Assembly: GCA_026016225.1 (NCBI GenBank)
Contig: CP061210.1
Span: 258,000-321,999, forward strand
DNA from: Candidatus Nealsonbacteria bacterium
GTDB taxonomy: Bacteria; Patescibacteriota; Minisyncoccia; Minisyncoccales; JANBVM01
Reading direction: 5' to 3'
Length of the DNA: 64,000 nt
A program made the translations under genes and the position numbers. This document shows positions 30,110 through 40,328 of this stretch, piece after piece; positions within the stretch are counted from its first letter, which is position 1; the number at the start of each line of letters is the position of its first letter. The notes under the pieces are model-generated. The model ran no database searches, was not told where the DNA came from, and saw only the letters and a program-made list of their open reading frames with translations.

Positions 30110-30146
30110 AAAGGGCCTCGTTCTCCGGAACGGGGTCTTTTGTTTT
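30110..30146 (+). terminator. Intrinsic terminator after the S-layer-like gene
   Basis: AAAGGGCCTCGTTC-TCCG-GAACGGGGTCTTTT followed by a T-rich tract. Confidence 0.7.
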
Positions 30147-30173
30147 GGAAAGAAATTTGATAAAATATTATTG

Positions 30174-31931
30174 ATGACAAAAAGTTTTAAGATAATTTTT
30201 CTTGGGATAATTTTTCTTTCTTTACCGGTTTTTGTTTCGGCTGTTTCTTTAGGGCAGAGAATCGATTTTTATGTTGATCCAACTTATGATTTATCTGAAA
30301 GAGAAGAAATCTCGGCTATTCTCCAGAGAATTAGCCCAAAAGCCTATTTTTATATTGACAATGATTGGTGGAAGTCATTAAATTATCAAGAAAAACAAAA
30401 GATTGAACAAGCTCTTTATTCTTTAGGCAACGAATTTTATTCCAAAATTTATCCAACTTTAACTTCTAATTTTGGCTCAGAATGGAAACCAGGAATTGAT
30501 AAAGAGAGCCGGATTACAATTTTAATTCATCCGATGAAAAAGACAGCGGGTGGATATTTTAATAATGGCGATGAATATCCCCGAGTCCAAAATCCCAAAT
30601 CAAATCAAAGAGAAATGATTTATTTAAATGCTGATTATATTACCAGTCCTTTAGCCAAAAGTTTTTTAGCTCATGAATTTACTCACTTGATTACTTTTAA
30701 CCAAAAAGAAAAAAAATATGGAGTAGAAGAGGAAATTTGGCTGAATGAAGCACGAGCTGAATATGCTCCAACTTTACTTAATTATGATTCAGAATATGAG
30801 GGAAGCAATCTTCAAAAAAGAGTTCAATCTTTTATTTCCAATCCTTCTGATTCTATCACTGAATGGCAGAACAAGCCCGCAGATTACGGAGCGCTAAATC
30901 TTTTTATTCAGTATTTAGTTGAGCAGTATGGAGTAGAAGTTTTAGTTGATTCTTTAAAATCAAAAACAGTGGGCATTAAGAGTTTAAATGAAGCTTTAGA
31001 GAAAAATGGTTTTGAAGAAGATTTTTCTCAGATTTTCACTGATTGGACTATTGCAGTTTTGGCTAATGACTGCTCTTTAGGAGAAAAATATTGTTATAAA
31101 AATGAAAGCTTAAAAAAATTAAGGGTTATTCCCTCAATTAATTTTTTGCCCCTCAAGGGCAACAGTGCTTTAGGAGTTAGTCAAACTACTAAAAATTGGA
31201 TGGGTAACTGGTTTAAATTTATTGGTGGCAAAGGGACTTTAAAGCTTGAGTTTATTGGTAATCCGGAAAATTTATTTAAAGTTCCTTATATTATTCAAGA
31301 TTTTTTAGGTAAATATTCTCTTGATTTTTTCCAACTTGATGAATATCAGAGAGGGGAAATCTTAGTTCCAGAATTTGGAGCAGAAGTTAGTTCTGTAACC
31401 ATTATTCCTTCAATTCAAAGTAAAATATCAGGATTTTTAACTCCTGAACTAGCTTTTCCATTTTTCTGGGAAGCTTCGACTATAACCGAAATAGAAAATG
31501 AAAATGGGAATTCGAATTCAGAATGTTTACAAAAACCAATTTCAGAAATGACCGGAGAGGAAATTTTAGCTAAAATTTCTGAAATTGAGAATTTACTTAA
31601 TCAACTCAAAGCTCAACTCGTCAAAATTAAAGAAATGGAAGAAAAGGAGCCAGTTTCTGTCACTTGTCAGAGGTTTGAACAGAATCTTTTTTATGGTTTA
31701 AGAAACGATGATAGGGTTTACTGCCTTCAGCAGTTTTTAAAATCTCAAGGTCTAGAAATTTATCCCGAGGGCTTAGTAACTGGAAATTTTCTTTCTTTGA
31801 CCAGAACTGCAGTTATTCGTTTTCAAGAAAAATATGCTGATGAAATTTTGGCTCCTTTGGGATTAGAAAGGGGAACAGGTTTTGTTGGTTTGATGACAAG
31901 AACCAAAATCAACCAGCTTTCAGCTCAATAA
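30174..31931 (+). CDS. Exported zinc metallopeptidase-like protein with C-terminal peptidoglycan-binding-like domain
   Basis: Signal peptide, GGYF, AHEFTH (HExxH), WLNE; C-terminal LQQFLK..TRTAVIRFQEKY..GTGFVG. Confidence 0.7.
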   Translation: MTKSFKIIFLGIIFLSLPVFVSAVSLGQRIDFYVDPTYDLSEREEISAILQRISPKAYFYIDNDWWKSLNYQEKQKIEQALYSLGNEFYSKIYPTLTSNFGSEWKPGIDKESRITILIHPMKKTAGGYFNNGDEYPRVQNPKSNQREMIYLNADYITSPLAKSFLAHEFTHLITFNQKEKKYGVEEEIWLNEARAEYAPTLLNYDSEYEGSNLQKRVQSFISNPSDSITEWQNKPADYGALNLFIQYLVEQYGVEVLVDSLKSKTVGIKSLNEALEKNGFEEDFSQIFTDWTIAVLANDCSLGEKYCYKNESLKKLRVIPSINFLPLKGNSALGVSQTTKNWMGNWFKFIGGKGTLKLEFIGNPENLFKVPYIIQDFLGKYSLDFFQLDEYQRGEILVPEFGAEVSSVTIIPSIQSKISGFLTPELAFPFFWEASTITEIENENGNSNSECLQKPISEMTGEEILAKISEIENLLNQLKAQLVKIKEMEEKEPVSVTCQRFEQNLFYGLRNDDRVYCLQQFLKSQGLEIYPEGLVTGNFLSLTRTAVIRFQEKYADEILAPLGLERGTGFVGLMTRTKINQLSAQ

Positions 31932-33072
31932 GAACCTTTTTCACGCTTAAAATTATCTTTTTGATATTCTTTTTTGAGTACCAGGTTTGAAGAGGAAAAT
32001 TAATTATTCTTTTAGCTACCTCAACCGTATTTGGAAATTTGTCTAAATTTAGATTGTATTCTTCTTGGACTTCTGGATTGAGAACTATAGGGGTGTGCCA
32101 GATTCGAGTACAAAAGACCCTTTTCTTTTTTAATTCCCTTACCAGTTTATCTCTTTTATCCCCAAGCTCTTTAGGAGTTAAAGCTGATAAATAACAAAAA
32201 ACATTATTTTCAGATTCTTGGACCTGGAAGCCTAATTTTTTAAGCTCTTTTTGGAAAAACAAACCGAGTTCTTTTCTTTTTTTTAAGGTAAGGTCATAGT
32301 CTGTTGAATATTGAGAAAAAAAGTTCAAGGAAACAGGATTTAAGGAAGCGGGTTTTGGTATTTTTTCTCCCTTAATAAATTTAGGGGCAATTTTTTGACC
32401 AAAGGTTTTAAAGAGAAAAGCAAAAAAAGAAAAACAGTTCAAAAAGGAAATAAAATCCCTGAAACTGAAATTTGTTTTTGGCAGGTTGATTTCCCAACTC
32501 CGAGGGCAAACCAACAAACCTCCCCTGAACATAGGGAATTGTTTATAGAGGCTAAAAAAAGAAACATCTCCTAAATTGCCTACAAAAGTGTTAGTTTGTA
32601 GTGAGTCTGTCGAACCATAGGTGGCTCCAAAGGAATGAGCACAGTCCTCAATTAATAACAGGTTCTTGATTTGCTCTATTCTTTCTTTTTTAATGGGCAG
32701 CCCATAGGTGTGGGAAACAAGAATTGCTTTTGCTTTAGTCTTAATTTTTTGTAAATCTTCTCCTATTTTGATGTGAAAAGTGTCTAATTCAATATCTAAA
32801 AAAATGGGTTCTATATTATATTCTTTCAAAATCGGATAGAAAATATCACAAATATAGGCTGGCAAAACAATCTTGGAATCTCTTAAATTCAATTTTTCAA
32901 TAGCGATTTTAAAAGCAGACCTTGCCATGTCGGTAAACACCAGTTGCTTTCCGGGGAAATTAAAAGAGAACTCTTTTTTGATAAGAGTTAAGTCAGGCGC
33001 TTTAATGAAGTTTCCAAGAAACGACTTCAGGGCCTGCTTTGTTAATTTAATTTGAGGATGGACAAAATACAT
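31909..33072 (-). CDS. DegT/DnrJ/EryC1/StrS-family PLP-dependent sugar aminotransferase-like protein
   Basis: HTYGLP, IEDCAHSFG, FSLYK (PLP lysine), RGG. Confidence 0.8.
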   Translation of the reverse strand: MYFVHPQIKLTKQALKSFLGNFIKAPDLTLIKKEFSFNFPGKQLVFTDMARSAFKIAIEKLNLRDSKIVLPAYICDIFYPILKEYNIEPIFLDIELDTFHIKIGEDLQKIKTKAKAILVSHTYGLPIKKERIEQIKNLLLIEDCAHSFGATYGSTDSLQTNTFVGNLGDVSFFSLYKQFPMFRGGLLVCPRSWEINLPKTNFSFRDFISFLNCFSFFAFLFKTFGQKIAPKFIKGEKIPKPASLNPVSLNFFSQYSTDYDLTLKKRKELGLFFQKELKKLGFQVQESENNVFCYLSALTPKELGDKRDKLVRELKKKRVFCTRIWHTPIVLNPEVQEEYNLNLDKFPNTVEVAKRIINFPLQTWYSKKNIKKIILSVKKVLIELKAG

Positions 33073-33107
33073 TTGATTATTATACACTTTTAATTTATCA
33101 TAATTTT

Positions 33108-34037
33108 ATGAAATCAAAAAGAATTTTAGTCACTGGAGGGGCTGGTTTTATCGGCTCTCATTTGGTAGATGAATTGATTCAAAGAAGCTATGAAGTGGTT
33201 GTGATTGATAATTTATCTACGGGCAAAAAGAAAAACCTGAATAAGAAAGCAAAGTTTTTCAAGTTCAATATCTGCAATCCCAAGCTTTCGCAAATCTTTA
33301 AAAAAGAAAAGATAGGCGTGGTTTTCCATTATGCAGCTCAGATTGACGTGCGAAAGTCGGTAGAAGACCCAGTAGGCGACGCTAATCTCAATATTTTAGG
33401 AACGTTAAACATTTTGGAGAACTGTAAGAAATATAAGGTTAAAAAAATTATTTTAGCTTCCACAGGCGGAGCTATCTATGGAGACGCCAAAATTATTCCT
33501 ACGCCGGAAGATTATCCTGAATGGCCTCTCTCTCCTTACGGAATTGAAAAATTAGCTCTTGAGAAATATTTAAACTATTATCAAAAAGTATTTAATTTGC
33601 CTTTTGTTGCTTTAAGGTTGGCCAATGTCTATGGCCCCCGGCAGAACTCAAAGGGAGAAGCGGGGGTAGTTGCTATTTTTTGCGATAAGATGCTGGGGAA
33701 AAAGAAAGCGGTCATAAACGGTAGCGGAAGACAAACCCGCGATTTCGTTTTCGTTGATGATGTGATTGAAGCTAATATATTAGCTTTGAAAAAAAATAAG
33801 ACCGGTATTTTCAATATTGGGACGGCAAAAGAGACAAACATAAACACTATCTTTAGAAAGCTCAAGAAATTGACGGGTTCGGTATGTAAAGAAATTCACG
33901 GTCCGGCTCAGCCTGGCGAGCAGAAAAGAAGCTGTTTGGATTATTCTAAAGCTAAAAAAGAGCTTGGCTGGAAACCAAGATATAATTTAGATAAAGGGTT
34001 AAAATTAACTGTAGACTGGTTTAAAGTTAATTTCTAA
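33108..34037 (+). CDS. NAD-dependent UDP-sugar 4-epimerase (GalE-like SDR)
   Basis: TGGAGFIG, AQIDVRKS, STGGAIYG, YGIEK, NVYGPRQ. Confidence 0.9.
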   Translation: MKSKRILVTGGAGFIGSHLVDELIQRSYEVVVIDNLSTGKKKNLNKKAKFFKFNICNPKLSQIFKKEKIGVVFHYAAQIDVRKSVEDPVGDANLNILGTLNILENCKKYKVKKIILASTGGAIYGDAKIIPTPEDYPEWPLSPYGIEKLALEKYLNYYQKVFNLPFVALRLANVYGPRQNSKGEAGVVAIFCDKMLGKKKAVINGSGRQTRDFVFVDDVIEANILALKKNKTGIFNIGTAKETNINTIFRKLKKLTGSVCKEIHGPAQPGEQKRSCLDYSKAKKELGWKPRYNLDKGLKLTVDWFKVNF

Positions 34038-34039
34038 AA

Positions 34040-35503
34040 ATGATTGGCAAATCTATTAATATTAAATCACTACTATTTGACAATAAGGGTTTAAAGCAGA
34101 CAATCTTTAAAAATACCTTTTGGCTGGCATTAGCTGAGGCCATAACAAACTTTTCCAAGCTCTTTTTAATAGTTTATGTTGCTCGAATTTTTGGAGCAAC
34201 TGAGTACGGAAAATTTACCTTTGCTTTATCTTTTGTTTCTTTGTTTGCTATTTTTTCTGATTTTGGTCTAGGATCTTTAACTATTCGTGAATTTTCCAAA
34301 GAGAAAAAAGATACAAAAGAATTTTCATCAATTCTTTCTTTGAAGTTAGTTTTAAGCTTGATTGCATTAATTGTAATTTTGTTTAGCTCTTTTTTTGTTA
34401 CCAAAGATGTTGAAATCCAAAAGGTAATTTGGATTTTAGCAGTTTATATTTTAAGCAATAGTTTTCTGGGTATTACCTATGCTTTCTTCCGGGCTCGTCA
34501 GCAAATGGAATATGAGGCTTTTGTTAAGATATTACAAGCTGTTGCGGTAACAGGAATAGGGTTCTTTATTATTTTTAAGATTCCATCTGTAGAAAATTTA
34601 AGCTTCGGTTATTTATTTGCCAGTTTGATTGCTTTAATCTTTACAATCTTTTTATTTTATTCAAAGATTTATCCTTTAAAATTAAATTTTGATAAAGCAA
34701 CTTGGCGAAAATTTTTAACTATGTCTTGGCCATTAGGGCTGTCTGCTATATTAAGCATGGTTTATGTTAATATAGACTCAATTATGATGGGAAATTTTAA
34801 TCAAATTACTCAGGTTGGCTGGTATAATGCTGCCTATAAAATTGTAGGAATTACTCTGATTCCAGCTAATTTTATTTCCGGAAGCTTTTTCCCTTATTTA
34901 AGCAAATCTTTCGAGCAGTCTAAAGAGAAGTTTAAAAAAGCTTTTGATTACTATCTGGAAATAATAATATTTCTTTCTGTTCCAATAGTAATAGGTGGTA
35001 TAGTTTTAGCTCCTAAAATCATAGACCTTGTTTACGACCCCAGCTATTTCCCCTCTATTTTTGCCTTTAAACTTTTAATAGCCATAACATTTTTAAGCTT
35101 TTTGTCCGGTCCCTTTAATCAAACTCTATTTATCTTGAACAAACAAAAGAAGCTCCTTTTAATTATTTTTTTATCAGCCACGACAAATGTTATTTTAAAT
35201 CTTATTTTAATTCCTAAATATTCTTTATATGGAGCCGCCATTGCAAGGGTATCAACATTTCTTTTAATCTTAATTTTAACCATTTGGTTTGCCTTAAAAA
35301 TTAGCTCAGTGAAACTTATTAGTTCGAAAATGTGGTTTAATTTTATTGGTGCCTTGGCTTCCTCCTCTTTAATGTATTTTGTTATTTCTTTTCCCAATAT
35401 ATATAAATTACACGTTGCTTTTTCTATATTAATTGGAGCCGGTGTTTACTTAATCTGCTTTTTTGTATATAAAAGATTAGCAGATAGAGTTCTTACGTAT
35501 TAA
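34040..35503 (+). CDS. Wzx-type oligosaccharide flippase
   Basis: Many TM helices, KNTFWL, YG..DFGL, VGWYNAAY. Confidence 0.88.
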   Translation: MIGKSINIKSLLFDNKGLKQTIFKNTFWLALAEAITNFSKLFLIVYVARIFGATEYGKFTFALSFVSLFAIFSDFGLGSLTIREFSKEKKDTKEFSSILSLKLVLSLIALIVILFSSFFVTKDVEIQKVIWILAVYILSNSFLGITYAFFRARQQMEYEAFVKILQAVAVTGIGFFIIFKIPSVENLSFGYLFASLIALIFTIFLFYSKIYPLKLNFDKATWRKFLTMSWPLGLSAILSMVYVNIDSIMMGNFNQITQVGWYNAAYKIVGITLIPANFISGSFFPYLSKSFEQSKEKFKKAFDYYLEIIIFLSVPIVIGGIVLAPKIIDLVYDPSYFPSIFAFKLLIAITFLSFLSGPFNQTLFILNKQKKLLLIIFLSATTNVILNLILIPKYSLYGAAIARVSTFLLILILTIWFALKISSVKLISSKMWFNFIGALASSSLMYFVISFPNIYKLHVAFSILIGAGVYLICFFVYKRLADRVLTY

Positions 35504-35528
35504 AAATTCATTAGAAATTAAGGAATTT

Positions 35529-36290
35529 ATGTCCTCAAAAAATAAATTTAGTTCAGTTGGTATATTGGGTTATGGCGAAGCGGGCCGAGCCATAGCTAAA
35601 TTCTATAAGAATCCTAAGATCAAAGACTTGAATAGAGATGACGGATTAGAGGGGGTGGAGATATTACATATCTGCATTCCTTACAGCAATAATTTTATAA
35701 AAATAGCAAGGAAAGAAATTAAAAAAATAGAACCCAAATTAACTATTATCCATTCTACGGTTGCGCCGTTTACTACAAAAAAGATTATTCAAGGGTTGCC
35801 AAAAGAAATAGGGAAGATGGTTGTTCATAGTCCAATAAGGGGGATTCATTCCCATCTTTATAAAGGGATTAAAACCTTTGTAAAATATATCGGCGCTGAT
35901 TACAAGAAAGCAGGGCAATTAGCTAAAAAACATTTAGGAGGTTTGGGGATAAAAACAAAACTATTTCAGTCTTCAGTGATTACCGAAATGGGAAAGCTTC
36001 TTAGTACATCTTATTATGGCCTATGTATTGCTTGGCACGGAGAGATGAAAAGATTTTGTGATAAAGCCGGAGTAGATTTTGAAGAGGCAGTTACAGACTT
36101 TAACAAAACTTATAACGAGGGATATAAAAAATTGAGAAGGTCTAATGTTCTTCGTCCCGTGCTTTATCCTCCCCAAAAAGGTATTAATGGTCATTGCATT
36201 ATTCCTAATGCCGAGATTCTTAAAAAATATTATAAAAGTAAGGTATTTGATTTAATTTTAGGATATAAACCTAAAAAATCTAAAAAGTGA
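35529..36290 (+). CDS. Short UDP-glucose/GDP-mannose dehydrogenase-family protein
   Basis: GILGYGEAG, IIHSTV, HSP, TEMGKL, GHCIIP; the C-terminal UDP-binding domain is absent. Confidence 0.65.
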   Translation: MSSKNKFSSVGILGYGEAGRAIAKFYKNPKIKDLNRDDGLEGVEILHICIPYSNNFIKIARKEIKKIEPKLTIIHSTVAPFTTKKIIQGLPKEIGKMVVHSPIRGIHSHLYKGIKTFVKYIGADYKKAGQLAKKHLGGLGIKTKLFQSSVITEMGKLLSTSYYGLCIAWHGEMKRFCDKAGVDFEEAVTDFNKTYNEGYKKLRRSNVLRPVLYPPQKGINGHCIIPNAEILKKYYKSKVFDLILGYKPKKSKK

Positions 36291-36368
36291 ACCAATTAAA
36301 CAACTTTTATTTTCCAAAAATTGGGATTAAAAATGAGAAAGATAAACATTAAAGATATAAATTAGAGC

Positions 36369-37370
36369 ATGTATAAGAAAAAAAAGAATAAAATAAATAA
36401 GTTTATAGTTATAACTACTATCAATCCGGCGACTAAGGCAATTAAAAAATTCGCTTCTTTTAAAGATTGGAAACTAGTATTAGTAGGAGATAAAAAAAGC
36501 AAGGCTATCAAGTCGGAGGATAACACCTACTTTCTTTCCATAGAAGATCAAAAGAATTTTGATTTCAATATTGTAAACTTCTCTCCATATAATCATTACA
36601 GTCGTAAAAATATTGGCTATCTCTATGCTATGAAAAATGGGGCTGATATCATTTATGAGACCGATGATGACAATTTTCCTACTTCATCTTGGAGTTTTCC
36701 AGATTTTCACTCCAGCAATATTTTAATGACTGACGGTAAATATTTTAATATATATAGATATTTTACATCTAAATTTGTTTGGCCAAGAGGATTCCCGCTA
36801 GACGAAATTAGGAAATCTAGTAATTTTTTAATTGATAACACAAGATCCTGTGATGTGGGAGTATGGTCTGGAATGGCCAATAATGATCCTGATGTGGATG
36901 CAATATTTAGATTACTATTTAACAAAGAAATTAAGTTTCGGAAAAAGGATTCGGTGGCCTTAGATAAACATATATATTCTCCATTTAATTCACAAAACAC
37001 TCTTTGGAATAAGAATAGCTTTGCGTGGATGTATCTTCCAGTTACTGTAAATCCTCGTTTTACTGATATTTTGCGTGGCTATATAGCTCAAAGATTATTT
37101 TGGCACCATAATTTACGATTAGGATTTATTGGTCCCACGGTATATCAAGAGAGAAATAGCCACAATTTGATGAAGGATTTTTCAGATGAGCTGGAGTGTT
37201 ATTCAAATATTAAAGAAATAGTATCAATTCTTGAATCAACTAAGTTGGGAAATAATATCTATTCTAATATTAGAAAGATTTATAAAAATCTAGCGAAGAA
37301 AAAATACGTTAGAAATAAAGAATTAGAAACCTTAGGGGCTTGGTTGAAAGATATTAAAAATCTTTTTTAG
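36369..37370 (+). CDS. STELLO/DUF288-like glycosyltransferase
   Basis: IVITTIN, VGDKKS, YSRKNIGYLYA, ETDDDN, WPRGFPL, DPDVDAI, FNSQNT. Confidence 0.78.
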   Translation: MYKKKKNKINKFIVITTINPATKAIKKFASFKDWKLVLVGDKKSKAIKSEDNTYFLSIEDQKNFDFNIVNFSPYNHYSRKNIGYLYAMKNGADIIYETDDDNFPTSSWSFPDFHSSNILMTDGKYFNIYRYFTSKFVWPRGFPLDEIRKSSNFLIDNTRSCDVGVWSGMANNDPDVDAIFRLLFNKEIKFRKKDSVALDKHIYSPFNSQNTLWNKNSFAWMYLPVTVNPRFTDILRGYIAQRLFWHHNLRLGFIGPTVYQERNSHNLMKDFSDELECYSNIKEIVSILESTKLGNNIYSNIRKIYKNLAKKKYVRNKELETLGAWLKDIKNLF

Positions 37371-38411
37371 ATGGAGATAAAACATTCAATAGTTACTTGG
37401 GATTCTACTTATAGAAACTTTTTTCATTTAATAGATGGGTTAATAGCTCAGAATTATTCAAGGGAAAACTTCGAGCTTATTTATGTTGAGCAACGGACTC
37501 GAAAAATAGCAGATGCATATAATCATAACCTAGGGTTGAAATCTTTATGGGATAGATACCAAGAGGTAAAGAGTAAAATTAATATTAAAATTATTTATTT
37601 AGGGTTGCCATTCAAAATCCCATATCATAATGGACGTTGTAACAATGCTGGCTTAAATGTTACAAAAGGAGAGATAATCTCGATTATGGATGGAGATCAA
37701 TTATTACCGCCAGATTTTTTAAGAAAGTTAACTGCATACCATTTAAATCATCCAAAAGCAGTAATAAACCTTGATCGTAGATGTGCTATGTATCCAGTAG
37801 GAGTAAATTCTTACAAGGAATGGAGAAAAGGAAGCAAAGACTTTAAAAAGTGTTTAGATGCCTGTATTTCTAAATATAGTCCAGTGCCTGAAATTGCACG
37901 TAATAAACCACCTATGATTTCTTCTCGAAATAAATTTTGGAAACTAATAGAAGGATGTGATCCTCACTTAATTTGGAGTACGGTTTCATCAAGATTTGGT
38001 ATAGATGTTACTAGAAGATTAGAGATAGCTAGCGGAACGAGGGCTATTGCTCTCGCAGATTGTTTCTCAGTACATCCTTGGCACCCCATAGGAGCAGGAG
38101 TATTACGTTCTACCGATGAGGATTCAAAAAAGTTATTTGCTCTTCAAGATAAATTAATTAAGTGGTCTCTTAAACATAAGGATCCAAGGTATAGTAGCAG
38201 AACTAATTATATTAATAATTTTTGTGAAAGCAATAAATTATTAATAAATAAAATTGTATATTCTTCAGAAAGACGAGGAGAGTCAATGAAATTTAAAATT
38301 AAAAACAACAATCTTTTAATTGATAAAATAAAATGCAGATGTGGTCAATTACTAAGAAAGTATTTTTATAAAATTATTGAAGCTCAGAAAGTATCTAGCG
38401 AAAAGTTTTGA
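37371..38411 (+). CDS. GT-A fold glycosyltransferase (GT2-like)
   Basis: NNAGL, MDGD (DxD), HPWH motifs. Confidence 0.65.
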   Translation: MEIKHSIVTWDSTYRNFFHLIDGLIAQNYSRENFELIYVEQRTRKIADAYNHNLGLKSLWDRYQEVKSKINIKIIYLGLPFKIPYHNGRCNNAGLNVTKGEIISIMDGDQLLPPDFLRKLTAYHLNHPKAVINLDRRCAMYPVGVNSYKEWRKGSKDFKKCLDACISKYSPVPEIARNKPPMISSRNKFWKLIEGCDPHLIWSTVSSRFGIDVTRRLEIASGTRAIALADCFSVHPWHPIGAGVLRSTDEDSKKLFALQDKLIKWSLKHKDPRYSSRTNYINNFCESNKLLINKIVYSSERRGESMKFKIKNNNLLIDKIKCRCGQLLRKYFYKIIEAQKVSSEKF

Positions 38412-38470
38412 GCTAATGAAAAAGTTAAGTTTATAAATATTATTGATTAGAATTTAAAAGCAGTATAGAA

Positions 38471-39389
38471 ATGTTTAACAAAAAGCTACAAGGTGAGATT
38501 TTAAAAAGAATTCCAAGAAGTTCTTTTTTAAGAAAAGTTATAAAGAAAATATTTCAAGTTAAAAACTTATTGTATTCCTTAAAGATTAAGTGTATCATTT
38601 TTCTTTTTAAAGTTAGAAACTTTATTCTTTCTCAAAAGCCGATTGAAATAGAAATAGATGATATTTCTTTTAAGGTAATTCCTAAAGGAGCAGGAGCTTT
38701 AGATTACTGGAGTGGCTTAAGGTTTGAGAAAGACGAACTTAACTTTGTGTTCGATCAGATTCAGCCTAAAATGACCTTCTTAGATTTAGGAGCTAATATA
38801 GGCTTTTTTTCTTTGGCAGTAGCTTCAAAATGTAAAGATATATAGTTTTGAGCCCTACAAAGAAACTTTTCAAATTCTTCAAGAAAATATCCGTCTTAAT
38901 AATTTAAATAATATAGTTCCTTGCTGTATTGCTTTAGGTAATTATGTTGGAAAAGCAAGAGTTAAAGTAAACTTGGCTTGGAAAGATGGCTTGAATACAA
39001 TAGGAAAGCCTAGTCACCCTGACTGTGAAATAGTAAAGGAAGAAGAGGTATCGATTACTACTTTGGATAATTTTATTAAAGATAACGGTATTACAAAAGT
39101 AGATTTAATAAAAATAGATATTGAGGGAGCAGAGCTTTTAGCTTTGCAAGGGGCAAGAAAATTACTTGAAAATAAAAATGCTCCTCTTATTATTTACGAA
39201 AGTCAATACGCGACCACAAAAGGCTTTGGTTATCATCCTATTAAAATTATCAATTATTTAAAAAGGTTAGGATATTTTTTGTTTGAACTAAAAGAGAAAG
39301 ATGGAAAAGTTGTTCCCTTTGCCTCAAATGGTGAGGTCTATACAATAATTATTGCTACAAAATCAAAATCTTTTTTAAAACGACATTAA
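38471..39389 (+). pseudogene. FkbM-family methyltransferase split by a frameshift near 38840
   Basis: First frame has FLDLGANIG then stops; another frame continues IYSFEP..ENIRLN..ALG..TTLD..LIKIDIEGAE. Confidence 0.85.
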
Positions 39390-39436
39390 GATTAAAGAAA
39401 ATAGTTAATGAAAAGACATATTGATTTAGAAAACTT

Positions 39437-40300
39437 ATGTTAACCATATTTGCTATTCCAAAGCCATTTGAAAAGGAATTTAATATTATCCAAAGAAACG
39501 CTATTAAGAGCTGGATTTTATTGGAGCCAAGGCCCGAGATTATTTTATTTGGTGACGAAAAAGGAACAGCAGACATAGCTAAAGAATTTAATGTTAAACA
39601 TTTTCCTAAAATTGCAAGAAATGAGTTTGGTACACCCATAGTTAGTGATATTTTTAAAAAAGCCCAAAAGATAGCAAGAAATAACATTTTAGTCTATGTA
39701 AACGCTGATATAATCTTAATGAAGGATTTTATTAGAGCTGTTGAGAAAATTAAGGATGAAGAAAAGTTTTTAATGGTCGGTCAGAGATGGGATGTTGATA
39801 TTAAGGAAAAAATAAATTTTAAGAATTTAAATTGGTAAACCGATCTTCAGAAAAAAGTATCGCAAGATGGCAAACTTCATGCTAAGATAGGTATAGACTA
39901 TTTTGTTTTTCCTAAGAGTATATTTAAAGATGTTTTTCCGTTTGCGATTGGAAGGGGGATATATGATAATTGGTTACTATACCGAGCATGGTTATCAAGG
40001 GCACTAATTATAGATGCCACCCAAGTTATAATAGCTATTCACCAGAATCATTCTTATGGAAACAAAACCGAGAAAGATGTTCGAAAGTGGGAAGAGAGAA
40101 AAAGAAACTTAAAGTTATCAGGAGGATATAGTCATTGTTTTACTATAAAAGACGCTAGCCATTTTTTGACACCCAAAGGATTAAAATTAGCTCCGGAAAT
40201 GAGCTTAATGAGAAAGCTAGAAATTGTGCCATATCTCGGATTTTTTATCCGACAATGTAAAAAACTACTTAAGTTGTTTAAATGTGGTATCAAAAAATAA
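39437..40300 (+). pseudogene. GT-A-like glycosyltransferase interrupted by an in-frame TAA at 39836-39838
   Basis: YVNADI before the stop; the same frame continues GIDYFVF..IGRGIYDNWL..IHQNH to TAA at 40300. Confidence 0.82.
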
Positions 40301-40328
40301 GAGATTAATTAAATCCATAAATTGAAAA

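Noticed and set aside
39836..39838. Stop-codon reassignment or programmed readthrough
   Set aside because: TAA, TAG and TGA all terminate conserved genes normally in this window; a single nonsense change is simpler
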